The notes beneath the pieces are model-generated. The model was not told the DNA's origin. It saw nothing but the letters and a program-made list of their open reading frames with translations, and made no database searches. Below, piece after piece: positions 27,190 to 36,422 of a stretch of DNA of 64,000 nucleotides; the first letter of the stretch is position 1, and the number at the start of each line of letters is the position of its first letter. Source of the stretch: Verrucomicrobiia bacterium (GTDB taxonomy: Bacteria; Verrucomicrobiota; Verrucomicrobiia; Limisphaerales; UBA11358); contig DASZAB010000025.1 in the NCBI GenBank assembly GCA_035945675.1, positions 1,108 to 65,107 of the forward strand, given 5' to 3'. Both the position numbers and the translations under genes were made by a program.

Positions 27190-27489
27190 TCACCGTTGCC
27201 GGCGGTAATCGCTCGGGGAGAGGCCCGTTTCCCGGCGGAAGAGCTGCGCGAAATGGCTGGGATTGGCGTAGCCCACGTCCAGGGCAACCTCCACCACGCT
27301 TTTCCTCGTCTCGCGGAGCAGCCGTCGCGCCGCATCCATCCGCAAATGGATATGATACGGCATCGCCGCGCAAAGTTCGACGAGGTGGCCGGAATTGTCG
27401 CGGAGATATCCGGCGGCGGCGCTGCCCTTCGAGGCGGTGCGGAGCGGCGCGACGGCGGTGGCAATCAGCCCGCAACCGATGCCGTTCAC
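27190..27489 (-). CDS. AraC-family HTH domain only; apparently an N-terminally truncated remnant (possible pseudogene)
   Basis: The second HTH is clear (RLLRETRKSVVEVALDVGYANPSHFAQLFRRETGLSPSDYRR). The first HTH is degenerate. No ligand-binding or dimerisation domain is present in any frame of the 186 nt upstream. Confidence 0.45.
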   Translation of the reverse strand: MNGIGCGLIATAVAPLRTASKGSAAAGYLRDNSGHLVELCAAMPYHIHLRMDAARRLLRETRKSVVEVALDVGYANPSHFAQLFRRETGLSPSDYRRQR

Positions 27490-27676
27490 GTCTGAGGCGC
27501 ACTATGTGCTGGCCGGCGCGGCGGGCACCATGCTGCCCCAATTGCTGGCTAGCCTGGGAAGGTAATCCGCCGAATCAACCCGCTCGTGCCAGGGCTGGCT
27601 TGACTTTAACAGGGTCGGGAAGCGCGCTATTAATGAATCCGCCGCAAGCCTGTGCGTCTTTGCCGTTGAGGATATT

Positions 27677-28246
27677 TTAAATCACAAACGGCACCAGGGC
27701 TTCCACTTGCTTTTGGTAAGCAGGATATTCCTTCGGGAAATGCTGGAGCATGAGTCGTTCCTCCTGCCTGAGCTTGATCCAAAACGCGACCGTCATCAAC
27801 GGCAGGGCGAGCCAGCTCTGGAGCCTGCCGATGTTCAGCGCCGTACCAAGGCACATGACCAGAATGCCGGTGTAAATTGGATGCCGCACAAACCGATAAG
27901 GTCCGGTTCGGATCAATTCGTGCCCCTGCTTGAAGGCCACGTCACTGCTCCAATTCCCCGCCAGCGTCCAACGCGCCCATAACGTCACGATCAATCCCAA
28001 CACGCAAACCAAGTCACCCATTGCCCGCGCCCAATCCGCATGCGGCGTCATCGATAAATTCAGCGGCGGCGGCAAATGCCAATCGGCCATGAGAAAATAA
28101 CTGAGTCCCAGCGGAATTCGATGCGCCAGGGCGGACCACAGGCTTTGCCTTTCGGCGATGGCCTTCACCCGCATCGAGCTGATGAGCCAATAGGCGAGCA
28201 AGATTGCCCAGCAACCGAGGATGATGAGACCTGAAATTTTTGCCAT
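27677..28246 (-). CDS. Membrane methyltransferase of the ICMT/PEMT family
   Basis: Multi-TM protein with ELIRTGPYRFVRHPIYTGILVMCLG, the family signature. Confidence 0.75.
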   Translation of the reverse strand: MAKISGLIILGCWAILLAYWLISSMRVKAIAERQSLWSALAHRIPLGLSYFLMADWHLPPPLNLSMTPHADWARAMGDLVCVLGLIVTLWARWTLAGNWSSDVAFKQGHELIRTGPYRFVRHPIYTGILVMCLGTALNIGRLQSWLALPLMTVAFWIKLRQEERLMLQHFPKEYPAYQKQVEALVPFVI

Positions 28247-28252
28247 GGCAAA

Positions 28253-29434
28253 TCAACCCAGCCGTTTCAAAACTTCCTGACACACGGCCATCGCCGATTG
28301 CGGCCGGCCCAGCGATCTGGCGGCTTTGGCCATTTCCGCCAGTTTTTTCGAACCCAGCAGTTGCGCGATGCGGAAGGGCAAATCCTCAACCCGGTTGACT
28401 TTGGCCGCGGCGCCGCGTTCGAGCAGGAAATCGCTGTTGGCGGCTTCCTGTCCGGGAATCGGGTTCAAAATAAACAGCGGTTTGCCCAGCGCCAGCGCCT
28501 CGGACGTGGTCAGCCCGCCGGGCTTGGTGAGGATGAGGTCAGCCACGGCCATCAGCTCGTGCATGTTGGTTGAAAAGCCGAGCACGTGGGTCGGATGTTT
28601 CCGGATCCGGCTGGCGAGTTCGCGTCGCAATTCCTCGTTGCGGCCGGTGACAACAACGGTTTGCAGCGGCTGCGGCACTTTGTCCAATTCGGCAAGGATT
28701 TCCGCGACCGGCCCCATGCCGAAGCCGCCGCTCAACACGAGCAATACCGGCTGGTCATCACGTAGACCGAGGGTTTGGCGGACGGCCTGTGGGTCGGGCT
28801 TTGAGAGAAATTTCGCGGCGATGGGGATGCCGGTCGGCACAACGTTTTCTGCGGCCGCGCCGCGTGCCACCAGCCGCGCCTTGGTTTCCTCGGCGGCGAC
28901 ACAATACAAATCCACGCACGGATTCATCCACAACGCGTGCGCCTCGAAATCCGTCACAATGCTTGCAACCAGGGGTTGTTTCCAATTTTCGGAGTGACCT
29001 GCTCTGCGGGTCCCAGTCTTTTCAATCGAATCCGGGCGTCGAGTAACTCCACCCTCCGACGCTTTGATCAATTTCAGCGTTTCCAACGGCGTAAAATGGG
29101 TGCAGAGCACGGCGTCCGGCTGGAATTGTTTGAGATAGTTGGCGAATTTCTTGCGCGAGTTGCTCGGAAACAGACGGCTGAGTCTGCTCAGGCGCCGGGT
29201 GACCTTGAGATTGTCGGTTTTGCCGAACAGCATGCCCCAGAGTTCGGGCGCGCGTTCAACCAGTTTAACATAACCTTCGGCATAGACCTTTTTATGCAGC
29301 GGCGAGAAGAACTTGATGAGGTCAACCCGCTCGACGGTATCCGCCGGGCGCAGCGCGCGCCATGCTTCCTCCAATGCGGCCGCCGCGGCGACGTGCCCGC
29401 CGCCCGCTGTGACAGTTGCTATCAGGACGCGCAT
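28253..29434 (-). CDS. MGDG-synthase-like / GT28 glycosyltransferase (diacylglycerol glycosyltransferase)
   Basis: MRVLIATVTAGGGHVAAAAAL N-terminus with an MGDG_synth-like first half. The C-terminal half is GT28-like (VLLVLSGGFGMG..., TKPGGLTTSEALA). Confidence 0.8.
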   Translation of the reverse strand: MRVLIATVTAGGGHVAAAAALEEAWRALRPADTVERVDLIKFFSPLHKKVYAEGYVKLVERAPELWGMLFGKTDNLKVTRRLSRLSRLFPSNSRKKFANYLKQFQPDAVLCTHFTPLETLKLIKASEGGVTRRPDSIEKTGTRRAGHSENWKQPLVASIVTDFEAHALWMNPCVDLYCVAAEETKARLVARGAAAENVVPTGIPIAAKFLSKPDPQAVRQTLGLRDDQPVLLVLSGGFGMGPVAEILAELDKVPQPLQTVVVTGRNEELRRELASRIRKHPTHVLGFSTNMHELMAVADLILTKPGGLTTSEALALGKPLFILNPIPGQEAANSDFLLERGAAAKVNRVEDLPFRIAQLLGSKKLAEMAKAARSLGRPQSAMAVCQEVLKRLG

Positions 29435-29495
29435 GGAATGGCCCTGAGCTTGCCGGAGCGGGTTGGGGTTGAGAAGCAGAAACGTGATTTTGTCA

Positions 29496-30368
29496 TCAAT
29501 ACCAGATGCACAGGCCGGCGCGGAAGGCGCGGCTGGTCTCGTTGTATTGACGCAAAGTCTGGCCGTAGCCGGTGAAGTATTGCAACTGGATGGAGGGGTT
29601 GAAATGGGAACGATAGGGCAGGTTGAACCTCAAATCGAACAGCAAACCGGCATGGCTGCCCCCGTTGCCGATGCGAATCCGGGTGGCAAACTGGATTTTT
29701 TCTCCGCTCCCGGGTTCGCTCCAGGTCAGGGCGCCGAGCAGGTCAGCGTATCCGCGATAGTCCGGCAGGTCGGGATTATTGCTGCCTAGGGAAAGGTAGT
29801 CCCAGACACGGGGTTGAAACGAGAGTTGAAAATGGGCCGGCAGGTCAAAGCGGACGGTCGGTTGCAGATAAACGGTGTTCAGACTGCGTTCCCCGGTCCC
29901 GCCTTTGCCGTTGGATTCGTGCTCGACGCCGCCTTGCAGGTCGAACTGAAAGCGGTTTTTCTGAAAAATGTCGGGATAGAACAGGAATGCCGACGGTTTG
30001 TAGCTGGTGTCGTAAAACGACGGATCGCGCGAGATCAGATCCCAAAAGGAAGTCTGGGTGTAGGCAAAGTAGGTGTGGGCGAGGGGGTTCCAGTCGCCGG
30101 CGAGATCGAAGAGTTTGTATTTCAGGCTGAATTGAAACTCGGCGGCGGGATATTGGCCCAGGAGGAAATAAATCGGTTCATAACCGTAAATGTGTTTGCC
30201 GATAAATTCCAGAAACGCTGATTGTGGCGCCGCGTTGGTGGTGGGCGCGGTTGATGACGCCTGCCCGTTCGTGGAACTCCCGGAAGCAGCCGCCTGCGCC
30301 GGAGCGGAAACCGGGTTTGTCAAGACCAGGATCAACCACCAGACTCCGGTACACCTCCCGGTGAACAT
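29496..30368 (-). CDS. Outer-membrane phospholipase A (PldA/OMPLA-like)
   Basis: YEPIYFLLG, FQFSLKYKLF, TSFWDL, YKPSAFLFY, and the GVEHESNGKGGTGERSLN catalytic His-Ser-Asn region. The start is set at ATG 30368, which gives a signal-like N-terminus; the TTG at 30410 is also possible. Confidence 0.75.
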   Translation of the reverse strand: MFTGRCTGVWWLILVLTNPVSAPAQAAASGSSTNGQASSTAPTTNAAPQSAFLEFIGKHIYGYEPIYFLLGQYPAAEFQFSLKYKLFDLAGDWNPLAHTYFAYTQTSFWDLISRDPSFYDTSYKPSAFLFYPDIFQKNRFQFDLQGGVEHESNGKGGTGERSLNTVYLQPTVRFDLPAHFQLSFQPRVWDYLSLGSNNPDLPDYRGYADLLGALTWSEPGSGEKIQFATRIRIGNGGSHAGLLFDLRFNLPYRSHFNPSIQLQYFTGYGQTLRQYNETSRAFRAGLCIWY

Positions 30369-30714
30369 TTTTGCCGGACTTAAAGGACATTTCACGGCAT
30401 GGCCATTCAACGAAGGGAGGAGAATTTTGTCAAGCGGGCAGAAATGCCGGGAGTGTCCGGATTTTAAGTTTGGAGTACCGCGTTAACGCAGCCCCGGGCC
30501 GCCTGAAGGCGGAACTCCGGGCTGATTTAATGTGGCCATGTCAATCGTGGAAACGCTGGTCATCTGCCTCCTGTAGGCAGTGGGGTTGGCCGGCGCAGGG
30601 CGCGGAACCGGACTTTCTGCTCAATATTCTTGGTTTTCATGGCGGGGCAACGTTATGTTTGGGAAAAGGGTCCGCCAAATCGGGTTTGGTGACGATTGGC
30701 GGTGATTTGATCGC

Positions 30715-31359
30715 GTGAGCCTGACTGAATACATCCTGCTGGCGGCCAGTTCGCTGTTCGTGATTGTGGACCCGCTGGCGACGGCGCCGGCGTTTCTGGC
30801 AATGACGCCCAACAACACACCGGAACAGCGTTTGCGCACGGCGCGGCTGGCTTGTGGCACCGCCGCAGTGGTGTTGCTGGCGTTTTCCGTCGCCGGGAAA
30901 GTCATCTTCAAGATTTTCGGCATCACCATGCCGGCGTTCCAAATCGCCGCGAGCATCGTGCTGCTCATCATCGCGCTGGACATGTTGCGCGTGCAGCGGT
31001 CGCGGGTGCAGGAAACGCGCGAGGAAAAGCAGGCCGGCACGGAAAAGGACGACATCGCCATCACGCCGCTGGCCATTCCGATGCTGGCCGGGCCGGGCGC
31101 CATTTCCACAACGGTGCTGCTCCAGAATGAGGCACGCAATGTCCCGCAACATATCGCGCTGTACGGTTGCATCGTAACAGTGGCGGCGGTGAGTTATCTG
31201 ATTTTCCGACTGGCGGTGCGCGGCGCACGCTGGCTGAACCCGATTGCCATGAGTATTGCGGTCCGGGTCATGGGCCTGCTGTTGGCGGCCGTGGCCATTC
31301 AGTTCCTGCTGAATGGCATCAAAGCTTTTCACACGGAATTGATCCTGCCCGCGACGTAA
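30715..31359 (+). CDS. MarC-family (UPF0056) integral membrane protein
   Basis: FVIVDPLATAPAFLAMT signature and six hydrophobic segments. GTG start. Confidence 0.85.
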   Translation: MSLTEYILLAASSLFVIVDPLATAPAFLAMTPNNTPEQRLRTARLACGTAAVVLLAFSVAGKVIFKIFGITMPAFQIAASIVLLIIALDMLRVQRSRVQETREEKQAGTEKDDIAITPLAIPMLAGPGAISTTVLLQNEARNVPQHIALYGCIVTVAAVSYLIFRLAVRGARWLNPIAMSIAVRVMGLLLAAVAIQFLLNGIKAFHTELILPAT

Positions 31360-31500
31360 GTTTTGGCAGTCTGCCGACAACAGTGACACCGCGCCCTGCC
31401 GCACGGACGGAGGGGAAAAGAAAAATCACGCAGCGACCTGCCGGTCGGAATTCTGAACCAGACTCGACCCGATGCAGCTCCACCAGGCCGCGGCTGCGCC

Positions 31501-32106
31501 TTATTGGATCAGGTTGACCAAGCCGTGTTGTTCCTGCCCAAAATACCCGAGCAAAGTCCGGATCAGCAGCGTTTCTCGTTCAGCCGTAACGGTTTGTCCA
31601 GTGACGATATATCCCTGCCAGACGATTTGAAAGCCGCCGGGATTGGTTTTGGGGTTGGTATAAAGAAACAACCGAATGCCACGCTGGCGGAAAACAACGG
31701 GTCGTGAAACACGGCTGGCCGGTACACTGGAGGCAAGCGATTCGGACTGGGACAAAATTTGCCCGGTCGTTTGAGGTGGCGCCGCCGGTGTGTTTATCGT
31801 TATTTGCTGCCGGGGGTCTTCGAGCAATTCATCTGACATCGTGCCGGCCATCAGGTAATCCGCCTTTTCGATCGGCACGAGGTTGAAACCTTCACGTTTC
31901 AACTCGCCCACCAGCAAACGGTCCAGCTCGGCATCTTCGGGACTGGGCTGGGGCCGCAGCGTCAGGGCAATCTTGTCCGCCCGCGTCGGCGAAAATTGCG
32001 ATTCGTGCCAGGTGCTGGCCAGGGGATGATGGGTGGCGCAACCTGCCATTAAAATGACCAGGGCTGGCATCAACCCGAGCAGTGCGGGAAGTCGGCGGAG
32101 TTTCAT
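31501..32106 (-). CDS. Lipoprotein of unknown function
   Basis: MKLRRLPALLGLMPALVILMAGC has a lipobox (LMAGC). No domain recognised. Confidence 0.6.
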   Translation of the reverse strand: MKLRRLPALLGLMPALVILMAGCATHHPLASTWHESQFSPTRADKIALTLRPQPSPEDAELDRLLVGELKREGFNLVPIEKADYLMAGTMSDELLEDPRQQITINTPAAPPQTTGQILSQSESLASSVPASRVSRPVVFRQRGIRLFLYTNPKTNPGGFQIVWQGYIVTGQTVTAERETLLIRTLLGYFGQEQHGLVNLIQ

Positions 32107-32440
32107 CGCGAAGCGGTTTTTACGTGAACGGTAAATGATTGGCAATTGCTTTCACTTGGTCCCGCGGAGGAAATTTTTTTCGTGGTGGGCGATTCGATTG
32201 AACTTTCCCGAGCGCGAACTGTCAGAACCTACGGCGTTGGTGGAGCCGGCAGCCGGGGCAGGGGAATGGTTTTATTTTTTTGCGCAGGGGAAAAAAACCG
32301 GCGGCACAATTTATGCGGTTCTTTCCAGCGTGTTCGACAATGAAGCGATGAAGTGCCGAGGTGGAAGGTAAAGGGAGCATAAAGTCATTTTAGGAGATGG
32401 CTGACGGCGTTCCGCGAGTTGTACAGTTGACGTTGACGTT

Positions 32441-32869
32441 ATGGGAAAAAAATCGCACCTGGCAAGGGTTATAGTGTATCAAAATCTTGGTTTTCTGACG
32501 GTGATTGTGCTTTGCTACCTCGATGAACTGCTCAAGTTGCCGTCGCTGATCTTCTCCGGCCACCCTTTTAACTTTGTTTATAGCCGGCCCACGCTGGAGA
32601 TGCTGCTTTTTCTGGCGGTCTGGCTGTTGGTGAACAAATCCACGCGCCGGTTGCTGAAGCGAGTCCGGCAGTTGGAGGATTTCCTGCGTGTGTGCGCCTG
32701 GTGCCGGCGCATTGATTACAAGGGAGAGTGGATGCCGCTGGAGGATTTCATGGAACAGGGTTTTGATACGCCGACCACGCATGGCATTTGTCCGGATTGT
32801 TTGCGTGAGAAAAAAGAAGCGCTGGCGCGGGCCAGAATCGCTCGGCAGGCCGAACCCGTGACCAGTTGA
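32441..32869 (+). CDS. Small two-TM protein with a C-terminal CxxC...HGICPDC cysteine cluster
   Basis: Two hydrophobic helices are followed by VCAWCRRIDYKGEWMPLEDFMEQGFDTPTTHGICPDCL. Confidence 0.55.
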   Translation: MGKKSHLARVIVYQNLGFLTVIVLCYLDELLKLPSLIFSGHPFNFVYSRPTLEMLLFLAVWLLVNKSTRRLLKRVRQLEDFLRVCAWCRRIDYKGEWMPLEDFMEQGFDTPTTHGICPDCLREKKEALARARIARQAEPVTS

Positions 32870-32899
32870 CCCGGCCGTTGGGAGCCGGTTTTCAGCTTT

Positions 32900-33970
32900 T
32901 CAGCGGAGGTGGTCCACTTGAATTTTGTCGGGTTCATCCACGCCCAGTTGAAGCAGGGCGGCATTGGCGTAGAGTTCCGGGTTGGGTTTGAATCCCGGCG
33001 CTTGAATCCTGCGGCGTTCGCGGTCGAGTTCGCGGATGGCCAGGGTATCGAGGGCAACCGGGTCCCGGCTGAACCAAAGCTGATTCAATACGGTTGAATA
33101 TTGCAGCAATCCTTTCGCACCCCCGGCGTACTGGCCAATCAGCGCGTCGGTGATATTGAGTGCGACGCGGTCGCCGAGGACGGGCAGGGCGTAGATTTCC
33201 GGTACGGCGACGGCCAGCCGTCCCGGGTCATCCTGAAAACGCAGGGTGTTGTCCACGCTGCCCATCGCCAGGCCGTACAGGTGGCCGCAAGTGCCCGCGG
33301 CATCCTGATTCAGCAGCGGCGCAATGCTGATTATTTTAGTGATTTGACGGCTGACCAGCCGGGAGACGAAGGATCTTTTGCCAACGTCCACCCCTTTCTT
33401 CCCAAATTCAAAATCGCCCCAGACCAGCCGGCCAATAATGGGCGTGTCGGGCAGGTAGAAGTTGGTCGGGTCGTAGCCGGCCTGTGCGCTGCCGGCGGCG
33501 GTCACACCGAACCGGGCGGCGAGTTTGAAAAATCCCGCGGCGCGCAAATCGTCGGCTTCCCTGTCCCAGATGATGACATGGTCTGGCGGCAGCCCGGCGG
33601 CGAGCAGTCCGCGGATCACCGCCGCGACAACGGCGGGGCGGGTGCCGTTGATGGGTCCGGCAGCAGAAAAAACCTTGATGCCGACGACATCCTGCGTCGA
33701 AACCAGGCTGCGCCAGGCTTCGGCCACCGTCGGTTTGCCGGTGAAATTGGTGATGCCCCGGCTGATCATGTCCTGAACGGCGTTGGTGTTCGGCTGGTAT
33801 TGGTAGGTGGCGTTGGGATTTTCGACGATCAGAACGCGGGCGCACGCGCCACCGGACTGGCGCAACGACAAATCGGCGGCTTGAACCTGCGGGCAGGCAC
33901 ACCAGAGGGCGCCTATCGCCATCAGCCAATAAAGCATGTAAACGAATTTGACCAGTGCGTTTCTTGACAC
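32900..33970 (-). CDS. Secreted protein, possibly DUF362-like
   Basis: Signal peptide. VGIKVFSAAGPINGTRPAVVAAVIRGLLAAGLPPDHVIIWD resembles the DUF362 core. The assignment is weak. Confidence 0.45.
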   Translation of the reverse strand: MSRNALVKFVYMLYWLMAIGALWCACPQVQAADLSLRQSGGACARVLIVENPNATYQYQPNTNAVQDMISRGITNFTGKPTVAEAWRSLVSTQDVVGIKVFSAAGPINGTRPAVVAAVIRGLLAAGLPPDHVIIWDREADDLRAAGFFKLAARFGVTAAGSAQAGYDPTNFYLPDTPIIGRLVWGDFEFGKKGVDVGKRSFVSRLVSRQITKIISIAPLLNQDAAGTCGHLYGLAMGSVDNTLRFQDDPGRLAVAVPEIYALPVLGDRVALNITDALIGQYAGGAKGLLQYSTVLNQLWFSRDPVALDTLAIRELDRERRRIQAPGFKPNPELYANAALLQLGVDEPDKIQVDHLR

Positions 33971-33982
33971 GTCAAGGCGTGG

Positions 33983-35698
33983 ATGCTACCACCAGCGGCG
34001 ATGCTGGCCACAAAAAACACAAGCCGGTGCGGCGTAATCGCCTTTCTGATGCTGGCCATTTTTCTGGCCGGCTGCGGACCACCGGGGCCGCGCGCGCTGC
34101 TGAAAGGCGAAAAACTCCTCAATAAAAGCGATTATTCCGGCGCAGTGACGGCGTTGAAAACGGCGACGTCGCTGATGTCCACCAACGCGCAGGCATGGAA
34201 TTACCTGGGGGTCGCCTGTCAACACGCCGGCCAGCCGGCGGATGCGGCCCTGGCGTATCAACGGGCTCTGACCCTGGACCGCGATCTGGTGGAGGCACAT
34301 TACAATCTGGGCTGCTTGTGGCTGGAACAAAACAAGCCCGACCTCGCGAAGACCGAGTTTACCGCATATGTGCTCAGCCGCAGCAAGGATCCGGAGGGCT
34401 GGACCAAATTAGGCATCGCCCAGTTGCGCCTGCGCGATCTCACGGCGGCGGAGAAAAGCTTCGGCACGGCGCTGGCCATAGACTCAAACGCCGCCGGGGC
34501 GCTGAACGGCCTTGGCCTTGCCCAGATGCAGCGGAGCCGTCCGCGCGACGCGTCACTGTATTTTGCCGCCGCCATACGGGCACAACCCGACTATGCACCG
34601 GCGCGGTTGAACCTGGCGACAGTGGCCCGACAGTATTTGCACGACAACGCGCTGGCGCTGCAAAATTACCGGGCGTATCTCGCGTTGACCCCGCATCGGG
34701 CGGATTGGGCGCAAGTGAATGCCATTGCCGACAATCTGGAACAGGCGATGAATGGTGCAACCAATCCTCCGGGGTCAAACCGCCCGGTGGCTTCAGTTCC
34801 GCGGCGATCTTCGCCAACCACCGTAACCCCCACCCGCGCCCGCTCCAATCCCAATTCCTCAAATGAATCGGAACCGGCCGCGGTCCGGACTCAGCCGGCA
34901 CCTGCTCCGGTAGAGACGCCGGGTCCCCTTGCCTCCGCCGAAGCGCCCCGGAAACAAACCAATGAGCGGCCCGGCGTTTTGCACCAGATCAATCCTTTGA
35001 ATTGGTTTCGCAACGCGTCGCCGGAGCCAAAAGCAACGCCACCAGCTTCGTCGAATTTGAACAATAATCCGGTAAAGCCGACACCGGCGCCGGCACCCAG
35101 CGCCAGCAACCTGACCGCGTTCGGTGCGCCCATGCACTCCCAGACCAAACCGGTTCGCCTGATTCAGCCCGCGCCGCCATCGTTCCCGCGTTATCTCTAT
35201 CTTTCGCCGTCCTCTCCCCGGCCGGGCAACCGGTCGGCGGCCAGCCGCGCTTTCGCGCGCGCGCAACAATTTGAGCAGAACAAGCAGTATCTGGACGCGC
35301 TGGACTCGTATCGCGAAGCGGCGCGGCTGGATCCAAGCTGGTTTGAGGCGCAATACAATTGCGGCGTGATGGCCTATCGCTTGGGCGATCTCAACGAGTC
35401 CTTGCCTGCCGATGAGATGGCGCTGGCGATCCAGCCGGATTCCGAGGGCGCGCGTTATAATTTCGCCCTGGCACTGAAGGAAGCCGGTTATATGACGGAC
35501 GCGGTAAATGAATTGAAGAAAATTCTCGTGTCGAAACCGGATGACATCCGGGCGCATCTGGCCCTCGGCAATCTTTACGCGCAGCAATTGTATGATGTGC
35601 CGCAGGCGCGGGCGCAATATCTGAGAGTGCTGCAATTGGACCCGCGTAATGCGCAGGCGGCTGATATCCAATTCTGGCTTTCATCGAATCCGCCCTGA
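33983..35698 (+). CDS. TPR-repeat lipoprotein with a Pro/Ser/Ala-rich central linker
   Basis: Lipobox LAGC. Several canonical TPR units (W..LG......G....A...Y..AL..DP) flank a low-complexity linker. Confidence 0.75.
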   Translation: MLPPAAMLATKNTSRCGVIAFLMLAIFLAGCGPPGPRALLKGEKLLNKSDYSGAVTALKTATSLMSTNAQAWNYLGVACQHAGQPADAALAYQRALTLDRDLVEAHYNLGCLWLEQNKPDLAKTEFTAYVLSRSKDPEGWTKLGIAQLRLRDLTAAEKSFGTALAIDSNAAGALNGLGLAQMQRSRPRDASLYFAAAIRAQPDYAPARLNLATVARQYLHDNALALQNYRAYLALTPHRADWAQVNAIADNLEQAMNGATNPPGSNRPVASVPRRSSPTTVTPTRARSNPNSSNESEPAAVRTQPAPAPVETPGPLASAEAPRKQTNERPGVLHQINPLNWFRNASPEPKATPPASSNLNNNPVKPTPAPAPSASNLTAFGAPMHSQTKPVRLIQPAPPSFPRYLYLSPSSPRPGNRSAASRAFARAQQFEQNKQYLDALDSYREAARLDPSWFEAQYNCGVMAYRLGDLNESLPADEMALAIQPDSEGARYNFALALKEAGYMTDAVNELKKILVSKPDDIRAHLALGNLYAQQLYDVPQARAQYLRVLQLDPRNAQAADIQFWLSSNPP

Positions 35699-35750
35699 GC
35701 ATGGAACGGATTCTGCTGGAAGAAACGGCTAAAACCTTGATTTTAGCCCT

Positions 35751-36383
35751 ATGTTTGCCATTTCCATGCAATCGGTTGCGTCAAACAGCGTGCACCTGAG
35801 CTGGTTTGACGCCGTGATGGTCATGGTGCTGGTGTTTGGCCTCTTCCGCGGCCGCAAAAACGGCATGTCGAAGGAGATTTTGCCGCTTTTCCAATGGCTG
35901 GCCATCATCTTCGTCAGCGGCTTGTTCTACCCGCCGGTGGCCCAGTGGTTCGTCAATGTGGCGCACCTGGATCTGTTCACCAGCAATATTTTGGGGTATG
36001 CGATTCTGGCACTGGTCGTTTATTTGTTTTTTTCGATGCTCAAACGCCCTTTGGGGTTGAAGCTGTTTGGCAGCAACTTGTTCGGCAGTGCCGAGTACTA
36101 TCTGGGCACGCCTTCGGGCATGGTCCGGTACGCCTGCGTTTTGCTGTTCGCGTTGTCCTTTCTGAATGCACGCCATTTCACGACGGCGCAAATCGAGGCG
36201 GATAACAAGTACCAGGAGCGCTGGTACGGGGCGCATTTCTTCCCCGGTTGGTACAGCGTGCAGAATCAGGTTTTCGAAAAGTCCTTTACCGGGCCTTACG
36301 TTAAAAAGTATCTTGCCGTGTTGCTGATTGACCCCACCGTGACAGGCAGCGGTCCCGTGGCCTCGGATGGACCGGCCCAGTGA
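35751..36383 (+). CDS. CvpA-family membrane protein
   Basis: WFDAVMVMVLVFGLFRGRKNGMSKEIL..FQWLAIIF is a typical CvpA N-terminus. Four TM segments. Confidence 0.65.
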   Translation: MFAISMQSVASNSVHLSWFDAVMVMVLVFGLFRGRKNGMSKEILPLFQWLAIIFVSGLFYPPVAQWFVNVAHLDLFTSNILGYAILALVVYLFFSMLKRPLGLKLFGSNLFGSAEYYLGTPSGMVRYACVLLFALSFLNARHFTTAQIEADNKYQERWYGAHFFPGWYSVQNQVFEKSFTGPYVKKYLAVLLIDPTVTGSGPVASDGPAQ

Positions 36384-36422
36384 GCGGCTGCGGGGGCGGG
36401 CAGCGACAAACGCTGAACCAGC

